The translations under genes and the position numbers were made by a program. This document shows, one piece after another, positions 19,444-26,953 of a stretch of 64,000 bases of DNA. The notes beneath the pieces were generated by a model that saw only the letters and a program-made list of their open reading frames with translations, was not told the DNA's origin and ran no database searches. The number at the start of each line of letters is the position of its first letter. Within the stretch, counting starts at the first letter, position 1. This DNA is from Kocuria sp. (GTDB lineage Bacteria; Actinomycetota; Actinomycetes; Actinomycetales; Micrococcaceae). The stretch spans positions 10,693-74,692 of the forward strand of contig NZ_JAUMTZ010000004.1 in assembly GCF_030530945.1 (NCBI RefSeq), read 5' to 3'.

Positions 19444-19463
19444 CCCGGGGCGCCGCGCCCCGG
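19444..19463. terminator. GC-rich hairpin (CCGGGGCGC...GCGCCCCGG) immediately after the E2 gene; putative intrinsic terminator
   Basis: Perfect 9-nt inverted repeat 25 nt after the stop. No clear U-tract, as is common in high-GC actinobacteria. Confidence 0.4.
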
Positions 19464-19632
19464 CGAGCTGACGACGGCGCTCGGGCTTCGGCCCGGGCGC
19501 CGTCCCCGTGTCCGGGGTCGAGTCCAGGGCGGCCGGACTCCCGCCGTGTGATCGCGCGGCAGGCCACTGGTGCGCAGGGCTGCCTGGGCGCCGTCGCTGC
19601 GGGCACGGCGGGCGCCGTGGCCGTGTCCGGGC

Positions 19633-20718
19633 TCAGGCCTCCGCGGGGTTCAGTTCCCGGTCCGCCCAGGCGGTGAGGCGCTCCACCAGGGCAGTGGGCA
19701 GCTTGCCGCCGACCATGGCGTGCTCGGCCCGCTGCCGGGCGGTGTGCACCATGCGCTCCACGGCGCGTACGGACCCGGAGCGATCGAGGAGCTCGCGGGC
19801 GCGGGCGGCGTCGTCCTCCGTGAGCGCGCTCCGTGCGGCGCGCTCGCACAGGGTGCGCCACGCGGGTCCGTGCGGTCCGGACGCCACGAACGTGCCGAGG
19901 ACGGTGGGGCGGTCAGCGCGCAGCAGCTCCCGCGGTCCCGCGCCGTGGGGGTCCGCAGCGAGGCGCAGCTCCTCGGCCAGGCCGTGGCCCACGCCCAGGG
20001 CACGGCCAGTGTCCGCCAGGGCGTTCACGTGCGCGGTGGGTGCGCCGCCCAGAACGGCACCGGCGCGCAGGGGTGACTCCCAGCAGGGCACGGCGCCACC
20101 GATCCGCAGCGCCTCCAGCACCTCACGGTGGGAGACCGAGGCCGGGCGCCGGGTCAGCTCCCCGGTCAGGCGCTCACCCGCGGTGGCGTGGAAGACAGAG
20201 TGGTCCAGGATGTCCAGGAGCTTGAGCAGCCGGGACTCCGGGGCGTGGGAGGTGGCCACCATCCGGTAGGCACCGGCCAGGGCGAGCTGGCTCGCCAGGG
20301 AGGTGCGGTGCACGGAGTCCCCCGGAGCCGGTTCCGCGGGGGCCGCGGCGGGGGCGGGCACTCGGCGCAGGGGGCTGATCGTGGTGCCCGGGGACACGCC
20401 CTCACCCCGTAGCAGCAGGGCGGTGCTGAGCAGCTCGAAGGACGCGGCCACGGCGTTGAGCACCGGACGGGTGGGACGTGCCGGGTAGGACTCCACCACG
20501 GCCATCACCAGGTCCCGCTGCAACCCGTCCCCGGCGGCGGCGACCTCACCGATCCTGGCCCACACGTGCTCGTAGCCGGGGCTCAGCTCGGCAGCCCTGC
20601 GAGCTGAGTGCTCCAGGAACCCCCGCAGGGCGGCGGCCGGGGTGTACTCCTGTGACCTGCGCCCGGTTCCGCTGCTGGTGTAGGAGGAGGTGGGCGTCAT
20701 GGGTCCATTCCAGCACAC
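19633..20718 (-). CDS. Polyprenyl-synthetase-like protein lacking both Asp-rich (DDxxD) motifs; function unknown. Start uncertain (GTG 20718 or ATG 20700).
   Basis: All-alpha protein of trans-isoprenyl diphosphate synthase length. FARM position reads FELLSTALLLRGEGV and SARM position reads GLAEELRLAADPHG. A GxxxxLxxxRPTVL segment resembles the conserved GK...T.P region. Confidence 0.45.
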   Translation of the reverse strand: MCWNGPMTPTSSYTSSGTGRRSQEYTPAAALRGFLEHSARRAAELSPGYEHVWARIGEVAAAGDGLQRDLVMAVVESYPARPTRPVLNAVAASFELLSTALLLRGEGVSPGTTISPLRRVPAPAAAPAEPAPGDSVHRTSLASQLALAGAYRMVATSHAPESRLLKLLDILDHSVFHATAGERLTGELTRRPASVSHREVLEALRIGGAVPCWESPLRAGAVLGGAPTAHVNALADTGRALGVGHGLAEELRLAADPHGAGPRELLRADRPTVLGTFVASGPHGPAWRTLCERAARSALTEDDAARARELLDRSGSVRAVERMVHTARQRAEHAMVGGKLPTALVERLTAWADRELNPAEA

Positions 20719-20739
20719 GGCGCAAGCCCCGCGAGAGGG

Positions 20740-21396
20740 TCAGATGGCAGGCATCAGCGCCAGCTGCACCGCGATGAACAGCATCACCAGGCCCACGCCC
20801 ACGTCCACGATCCGCCACGTCAGCGGCGTGTTCAGCACGTGGGACAGGGCCTTGGCGCCGGCACCGAGGGCCGTGAACCAGATGACCGATCCGGTGAACG
20901 CGCCGCCCGCGAAGATCCATCGCTCCGCCCCGTGCTGGTTGGCCAGGTTGCCCAGGATGAGCACCGCATCCAGGTAGGCGTGGGGGTTGAGCCACGTGAA
21001 GGCGAGGGTCGCCAGGATGACGGTGCGCAGCGAACCACTCTCTACCTTGGCGGCCTCCAGCGTCTGGGACTTCAGGGCGGAGCGGAAGGACAGCAGTGCG
21101 AAGCCCGCCAGGTAGGCCACCCCGAGCCACCGGAAGGCGTTGAGCAGCCACGGCACCCGGTCGATCAGGAAGCCGATCCCCGCGGTGCCCATGCCGATCA
21201 GGAAGATGTCCGAGACGATGCAGATGGCCACGACCACGCCCACGTGCTGGCGGCGGATTCCCTGGCGCAGCACGAACGCGTTCTGGGCCCCGATGGCCAC
21301 GATGAGGGCGAGCCCGGTCACCAGACCGGGAAGGAAGGCTGAAGTCACCCCGACAAAATACCGGTTCGCGTGACCTCCCCGACATTCGTCCGCCAC
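20740..21396 (-). CDS. LysE/ArgO family amino-acid exporter
   Basis: FLPGLVTGLALIVAIGAQNAFVLRQG... is the LysE signature. GGGGAGG lies 6 nt upstream of the ATG at 21396. Confidence 0.75.
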   Translation of the reverse strand: MADECRGGHANRYFVGVTSAFLPGLVTGLALIVAIGAQNAFVLRQGIRRQHVGVVVAICIVSDIFLIGMGTAGIGFLIDRVPWLLNAFRWLGVAYLAGFALLSFRSALKSQTLEAAKVESGSLRTVILATLAFTWLNPHAYLDAVLILGNLANQHGAERWIFAGGAFTGSVIWFTALGAGAKALSHVLNTPLTWRIVDVGVGLVMLFIAVQLALMPAI

Positions 21397-21483
21397 CGGG
21401 AGTCATCCCCTGTATGGTTTCCTCAGAAATCATTTCGGGCGCCCACCAGTGCCCGGCCCGACCACCGACCGATAGGACGTCCC

Positions 21484-22098
21484 ATGACCACTCCCGACAT
21501 GGACCAGCTGGCCCTCGAGATCACCGCCGAGGACGCGGACCGCCTGTTCACCACGGCCCGCACCGCCAGCCACTTCACGGACGAGCCCGTGACCGAGGAG
21601 CAGAAGCACGCCATCTACGAACTCACCAAGATGGGCCCCACGGCGTTCAACTCCCAGCCCCTGCGGATCACCTGGGTGGAGTCTCCCGAGGCACGCGAGC
21701 GCCTGGTGCAGCACATGAGCGGTGGCAACCAGGAGAAGACCCGCAAGGCTCCCCTGACCGCCATCCTGTCCTACGACGAGAACTGGCACACCCACTTCCC
21801 GGAGTTCCTCCCCGCGGCCCCGCACATGCAGGGCATGTACGACGAGAACGCCGAGCTGCGCATGAGCAGCGGCAAGGCGAACTCCCACATCCAGGTGGGC
21901 TACTTCATCATCGCGGCACGCGCCGCCGGCCTCGCCGTGGGGCCCATGACGGGCTTCGACGCCCCCGCCGTGGACCGGGAGTTCTTCGAGGGCACGGGCA
22001 AACGGTCCATCGTGGTCGTGAACCTGGGCCGCCCGCAGGCCCCCGCCTACGACCGCAGCCCGCGCTTCGCCGCGGAGGACGTCACCGAGACCATCTGA
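21484..22098 (+). CDS. Nitroreductase-family protein (RutE/YdjA-like NAD(P)H-dependent reductase)
   Basis: MTTPDMDQLALEITAEDADRLFTTARTASHFTDEPVTEEQKHAIYEL... matches the nitroreductase superfamily. The upstream part of the track ORF is non-coding. Confidence 0.7.
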   Translation: MTTPDMDQLALEITAEDADRLFTTARTASHFTDEPVTEEQKHAIYELTKMGPTAFNSQPLRITWVESPEARERLVQHMSGGNQEKTRKAPLTAILSYDENWHTHFPEFLPAAPHMQGMYDENAELRMSSGKANSHIQVGYFIIAARAAGLAVGPMTGFDAPAVDREFFEGTGKRSIVVVNLGRPQAPAYDRSPRFAAEDVTETI

Positions 22099-22198
22099 GC
22101 GCACCTCCCGGCCAGCCGCCGACGACGCCGCCCGCGCCCCGGGTGCCGCAGCCCGCGGACCCGGCCGTGCGACGTCGTCCGCGGTGAGAGCTGACCCC

Positions 22199-22236
22199 GA
22201 ACGCCCGGGCTCCGTCCCACGGAGACCCGGGCGTTC
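22199..22236. terminator. 14-bp-stem hairpin (GAACGCCCGGGCTC-n9-GAGACCCGGGCGTTC) between the convergent nitroreductase and marR genes; putative bidirectional terminator
   Basis: Seen directly: near-perfect inverted repeat with one bulge. Confidence 0.5.
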
Positions 22237-22273
22237 GCGTGTCCCCGGGCGAGGAGCCGCGCGGTGCGCGTGC

Positions 22274-22729
22274 TCAGGCGCTCTGGTCGAGCGTGAGCTT
22301 GGAGAGGACGGGTAAGGCGGCGTCCAGCGCCTCGAACTCGTCGGGGGTGAGGGTGGCGAGGACGTCCGCCACCTTCTCGTTGCGGTGCTCGTCCTCCTCC
22401 GCCAGCACCCGCTCCCCGAGCGGGGTGAGGGACACGAGCACCGCGCGCGCGTCCGAGGGGTCCGGGTCCCGCTGCACCAGGCCCGCCCTGCTCAGGCGGT
22501 CCACGCTCTGCGTGGCCGTGGGGGTGCGCACCCCCAGTTGGGCCGCGATGCGCGTCATGCGCACGCTGCCCGGGCGCAGCATGGTCAGGAGGCTGATCTG
22601 CTGGCTGGTCAGCTCCCGCGCACCCTCCAGCCCGCGCAGGAAGTAGACCCCGCCCCGCAGGACCGTTCGCAGCCTGGACGCCTCCACGAGCAGACGGCCT
22701 CGGTCGTGAGCGGCGTGCGGAGTGTCCAT
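22274..22729 (-). CDS. MarR family transcriptional regulator
   Basis: MDTPHAAHDRGRLLVEASRLRTVLRGGVYFLRGLEGARELTSQQISLLTML...RIAAQLGVRTPTATQSVDRLSRAGLVQRDPDPSDARA is a wHTH MarR fold. The track's long N-terminus is an artifact. Confidence 0.75.
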   Translation of the reverse strand: MDTPHAAHDRGRLLVEASRLRTVLRGGVYFLRGLEGARELTSQQISLLTMLRPGSVRMTRIAAQLGVRTPTATQSVDRLSRAGLVQRDPDPSDARAVLVSLTPLGERVLAEEDEHRNEKVADVLATLTPDEFEALDAALPVLSKLTLDQSA

Positions 22730-22740
22730 GCCACTCGATT

Positions 22741-22911
22741 TTAGTCGCCGCGTTCGCGCCCTCTGCGGTCCGCGCGCGGTCTTGAGCGGTAATTCGCCGC
22801 ACCCTCCCGCGGGCGCCACGCGGCGCGCGCCACGCTGACCAGGAAGTAGACGACGCCCGCCGCCAGCAGCAGGACGAGCAGGGCGCCCAGAAGAATCGAG
22901 AGGTGTTCCAC
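22741..22911 (-). CDS. Small (56 aa) single-TM protein of unknown function immediately upstream of marR
   Basis: GTG at 22911 is preceded by GGAGGAG. Product VEHLSILLGALLVLLLAAGVVYFLVSVARAAWRPREG... 11-nt gap to the marR ATG. Confidence 0.35.
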   Translation of the reverse strand: MEHLSILLGALLVLLLAAGVVYFLVSVARAAWRPREGAANYRSRPRADRRGRERGD

Positions 22912-23072
22912 AGCGGTCTCCTCCGTCGCACGGGTCGGCACCCGCGCAGGCACCGTTGGCGCCCACCACGCTACCCACGCGCGGGCCGGGCCACCATGGC
23001 CCAGCGACCAGAACGCCCCGGGTGACGGACCGTGTGGTCCGCCGCCCGGGGCGCCGTGTGGAACCGGAGGGG

Positions 23073-24257
23073 TCAGAGCCCGCGCAGCGCCTCGCCGAAG
23101 CGCTTGACGCCCTCGCGGATGCGCGCCGGGGCCACACCAGAGAAGGCGAGCCGCACGGCGTCGGACTCGCGGCCGTCCATGTAGGAGGCCGATCCCGGCA
23201 CGAGCACCACGCCGTGGGCGATGGCCTCGGTGAGGATGTCCCGGCCGCGCAGCTCCTCCGCGGTCACCCACGTGAAGAACCCTCCGGTGGGAGTGGTCCA
23301 GGATGCCGTGTCGGGCATGAACTCGGTGAGCGCCTCGTCCATGGCTTCCCAGCGCTGCCGGTACAGCTCCACGGCCTGGTCCAGCGCGGGAGCCCACTGC
23401 TCGGAACCCACCCACGCCGTGACCAGGGTCTGCGCCAGGTTGGACGGGTGGATCACCACGGACTCCGCCGCGATCTGCAGGCGGCCCCGGACCTCCGGGG
23501 GTGCCGCGATCCAGCCCACGCGCAGACCGGGCGCGAAGACCTTGGAGAAGCTGCCCAGGTGGATCACGTGCTCGGGATCCATGCCGTGCATGGACGGCAG
23601 GGGGTCGCTGCGGTCGAAGGCCAGGAACGCGTACGGATCGTCCTCGATGATCATCACGTCACGCTCGGCGCAGACCCGCACCAGCTCACGACGCCGCTCC
23701 ACGGGCATGGTCACGCCCGTCGGGTTCTGGAAGCTGGGGATCGCGTACACGAACGGCACCCGGGTGCCCCGAGCGGCCAGCTCGTCGAGAGCGGCGGCCA
23801 CGGCCTCCGGGTCCAGCCCCTGCTCGTCCACGTCCACGTGGTGCACACCCACCTCGTACGCGCCGAACACACCGAGGGCACCCACGTAGGTGGGGCCCTC
23901 CGCGAGGATCACGTCACCGGGGTTGCAGTACAGCTTGGTCACCAGGTCCAGCCCGGCCTGCGAACCCGTGGTGGGCAGCACGTCCGCCTCCGTCACGGAG
24001 GAGCCGCCACGGGCCATCAGCCGCACGATCAGCTCCCGCAGCTCCCGGGTGCCCGCACCCGAGCCGTACTGCAGGATCTCCCCGGCGCGCTCGCGGATCA
24101 GCTGACCCGCGAGCTCCCCCACGGAACCGCCCGGCAGCACCGACAGGTCGGGGTTGCCGCCCGCCAGGGAGACCACCGCGGGGTCCATGGCCGTCTCGAA
24201 CACCGCGCGCACCGGCGAGGGCCGGAACTCTCCCGCGCGGGAGGCGAACGCGCTCAC
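23073..24257 (-). CDS. PLP-dependent aminotransferase (class I/II; MocR/AruH-like fold type I)
   Basis: Conserved [14 protein letters not shown] (PLP-lysine region), NPTG, and [14 protein letters not shown] motifs. GTG start overlaps the upstream ureohydrolase stop (GTGA). Confidence 0.8.
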   Translation of the reverse strand: MSAFASRAGEFRPSPVRAVFETAMDPAVVSLAGGNPDLSVLPGGSVGELAGQLIRERAGEILQYGSGAGTRELRELIVRLMARGGSSVTEADVLPTTGSQAGLDLVTKLYCNPGDVILAEGPTYVGALGVFGAYEVGVHHVDVDEQGLDPEAVAAALDELAARGTRVPFVYAIPSFQNPTGVTMPVERRRELVRVCAERDVMIIEDDPYAFLAFDRSDPLPSMHGMDPEHVIHLGSFSKVFAPGLRVGWIAAPPEVRGRLQIAAESVVIHPSNLAQTLVTAWVGSEQWAPALDQAVELYRQRWEAMDEALTEFMPDTASWTTPTGGFFTWVTAEELRGRDILTEAIAHGVVLVPGSASYMDGRESDAVRLAFSGVAPARIREGVKRFGEALRGL

Positions 24258-25291
24258 TTGTCCGCTCCGTAGCGCGCGCCGGAGATGCCGTACGCGGGGC
24301 CGTCCGCGGCGGCGTCGTGCCCCAGGCTCATCAGGGAGATGAGGTCGTAGACCACGTGGGCGGCGGCGATGCCCGTCAGCTCCGCGTGGTCGTACGCGGG
24401 CGAGACCTCCACGACGTCGCACGCGACCACGTCCAGGCCGCGCAGCCCGCGCAGGATCTCCAGGACCTCGCGGCTGGTGATGCCGCCTGCCTCCGGGGTG
24501 CCGGTCCCCGGGGCGTGGGCGGGGTCCAGGACGTCGATGTCCAGGGAGATGTAGAGCGGGCGGTCACCCACGCGCTCGCGCAGCGCGGCCACCACGGCGT
24601 CCACGCCGGAGCGCATGACGTCCGCGGAGGAGACGATCTCGAAGCCGAAGGAGGCGTCGTCCTCGAGGTCCTGCGTGCCGTAGAGCGGGCCGCGGGTGCC
24701 CACGTGCATCACGGCGTCCGTGTCGATGATGCCTTCCTCGAACGCGCGCCGGAACGGGGTGCCGTGCGTGTACTCGGCACCGAAGTAGGTGTCCCAGGTG
24801 TCCAGGTGGGCGTCGAAGTGCAGCAGTGCCACCTTGCCGTGGCGGGAGTGCGCGGCGCGCAGGAGGGGCAGGGCGATGGTGTGGTCACCGCCGATGGCCA
24901 CCACCTTCGTGTCCTCGCCCATCAGCTCCTTGGCGCCCGTCTCGATGGCCGTGATGGCCTCGCGGATGTCGAAGGGGTTCCCCACGATGTCCCCGGCGTC
25001 CGCGACCTGCAGGTGCGCGAACGGGGAGTGGTTCTGCGCCGGGTTGTACGGGCGCAGCAGCCGCGAGGACTCGCGCACGTGGTTCGGCCCGAACCGCGCG
25101 CCCGAGCGGTAGGACACCCCGGAGTCGAAGGGGACGCCCACCACGGCGATGTCCGTGTGCTCCACCTGGTCCGTGCGGGGCAGCCGCGCGAACGTGGCCG
25201 GGCCCGCCCAGCGCGGCGTCAGTGCCGCGTCCACGGGGCCCACTCGCCGCTCACCTGCGGCGTTGGTCTCGACAATGCGTTCAGGTTCCAC
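24254..25291 (-). CDS. Ureohydrolase of the arginase/agmatinase family; guanidinobutyrase- or agmatinase-like
   Basis: [15 protein letters not shown] and [22 protein letters not shown] are the Mn-binding motifs of agmatinase/GbuA. GTG at 25291 is preceded by GGAAGGAG. Confidence 0.8.
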   Translation of the reverse strand: MEPERIVETNAAGERRVGPVDAALTPRWAGPATFARLPRTDQVEHTDIAVVGVPFDSGVSYRSGARFGPNHVRESSRLLRPYNPAQNHSPFAHLQVADAGDIVGNPFDIREAITAIETGAKELMGEDTKVVAIGGDHTIALPLLRAAHSRHGKVALLHFDAHLDTWDTYFGAEYTHGTPFRRAFEEGIIDTDAVMHVGTRGPLYGTQDLEDDASFGFEIVSSADVMRSGVDAVVAALRERVGDRPLYISLDIDVLDPAHAPGTGTPEAGGITSREVLEILRGLRGLDVVACDVVEVSPAYDHAELTGIAAAHVVYDLISLMSLGHDAAADGPAYGISGARYGADK

Positions 25292-25507
25292 CTGTACTCC
25301 TTCCGGCCCGGGGATCGCCCGGGAGATGTGGCGGCCACCGCGGCGGTCGGAGCCCCCCGACCCGCCGCACACGAACCGCGCCGGCGACTGCCCGCCCGGT
25401 GGTACTTTTCTGTGGCCCGAGGCATAACACTAGCGCCACATCCCAGCCGACGGACCCCGCCGCCGCACCCGCTGGACGCCGCGCCACCGCCACCCGAGGA
25501 GACCTCC

Positions 25508-26953
25508 GTGAACGTGCTCGTGATCGTGCTGTACCTGGTGGTCATGGTGGCCGTGGGCATGTGGGCGGCCCGCCGGGCCCGCACCGCCACCGACTACCGC
25601 GTGGCCGGACGACGCCTGGGCGCGGGGCTGTACACCTCCACGATGGCCGCCGTGGTGCTGGGCGGAGCCTCCACCGTGGGCGGCGTGGGGCTCGGCTACC
25701 AGTACGGGATTTCCGGGATGTGGCTCGTGGTGGCGATCGCCACGGGCCTCGCGGTTCTCAGCCTCTTCTTCGCGGCGCGCATCCAGTCCCTCCGGGTCTT
25801 CACCGTGTCCCAGATGCTGCAGCTGCGCTACGGGGCGGCGGGCGGCGCCACGGCGTCCTCGTTCGTGATGCTCGCGTACACGCTGATGATCGCGGTGACC
25901 TCCACCGCCGCGTACGCCGCCATCTTCTCCGTCCTCTTCCCCATCTCCCGCCCCTGGGCCATCCTCCTGGGCGGCGTGGTGGTGATCGCCTACTCCGTGC
26001 TGGGCGGAATGTGGTCCATCACCCTCACGGACCTCATGCAGTTCGTGTTCATGACCGTGGGCGTCTTCGCGATCCTCCTGCCCTTCTCCCTTGCCGCGGG
26101 CGGCGGCTGGACGGGGCTCGGCGAGCGCCTGGGCACCTCCTTCTTCTCCCCGGGAGCCATGGGCTTCCAGGCGATCCTCACGCAGTTCGTGGTCTACGGG
26201 TTCGGCATGCTGATCGGCCAGGACATCTGGCAGCGGGTCTTCACGGCCCGCTCCCCTGCCGTGGCCCGGTGGGGCGGCCTGGCAGCCGCCGCGTACGTGG
26301 CCGTCTACGGCGTGGCGGGTGCGCTGATCGGCACCGCCGCGGCCGCCGTGCTCCCCACGCTCGACGCCCCCGAGGAGGCCTTTGCTGCCATGGCCCAGTA
26401 CCACGTGCCCGTGGGCCTGGGTGGTGTGGTGCTCGCGGCAGGCGTCGCCGCGATGATGTCCACGGCCTCCGGTGCAAGCATCGCCGCGGCCACCGTGGCC
26501 CGCGTGGACGTGGTCCCCACGCTGCGCGGTCTGCTCGGAGCCGCCCCGGAGGACGTGGCCCGGGCCCGCTCCGAGAACGCCTCCGTGCTCAAGGACCGCG
26601 TGTACGTGGTTGTGGTGGGCCTGGTGATCACGGGACTGTCCATGACGGTGAGCTCCACCGTGGTGGCCCTGACCATTGCCTACGACCTCCTGGTGGGCGG
26701 GCTGCTCGTGGCCGTGCTGGGCGGTCTGGTGTGGCGGCGCGGCACCGCGGCCGGGGCCATGTGGTCCATGGCGGTGGGTGTGGTGGCCACCGTGGTGGGG
26801 ATGGTCGTCTTCGGGGTCATGGCCAACACCCCCATCTACCTGGGGCTGCTCGCCTCGGCCGTAGTATTCGTGGTGGTGTCCCTGGTGAGCACTCCCACGG
26901 CGCCCCATGTCACTGACGAGTGGAACCGACGCATTCAGGAGTCCAAAGCATGA
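25508..26953 (+). CDS. Sodium:solute symporter family (SSF) transporter
   Basis: 13-TM protein starting VNVLVIVLYLVVMVAVGMWAARR... of the SSF type. GTG at 25508 with GAGGAGA upstream. Divergent from the ureohydrolase gene. Confidence 0.75.
   Translation: MNVLVIVLYLVVMVAVGMWAARRARTATDYRVAGRRLGAGLYTSTMAAVVLGGASTVGGVGLGYQYGISGMWLVVAIATGLAVLSLFFAARIQSLRVFTVSQMLQLRYGAAGGATASSFVMLAYTLMIAVTSTAAYAAIFSVLFPISRPWAILLGGVVVIAYSVLGGMWSITLTDLMQFVFMTVGVFAILLPFSLAAGGGWTGLGERLGTSFFSPGAMGFQAILTQFVVYGFGMLIGQDIWQRVFTARSPAVARWGGLAAAAYVAVYGVAGALIGTAAAAVLPTLDAPEEAFAAMAQYHVPVGLGGVVLAAGVAAMMSTASGASIAAATVARVDVVPTLRGLLGAAPEDVARARSENASVLKDRVYVVVVGLVITGLSMTVSSTVVALTIAYDLLVGGLLVAVLGGLVWRRGTAAGAMWSMAVGVVATVVGMVVFGVMANTPIYLGLLASAVVFVVVSLVSTPTAPHVTDEWNRRIQESKA

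Noticed and set aside
19500-19560. tRNA-like T-arm motif (GGTCGAGTCC) in the E2 to polyprenyl-like intergenic region
   Set aside because: - No acceptor stem or anticodon arm can be formed around it.
- Isolated motif only.
22912-23415. N-terminal 170 codons of track ORF 22741-23415
   Set aside because: - Overlaps the aminotransferase gene on the same strand in another frame.
- Only the final 56 codons, with their own RBS, look plausible.
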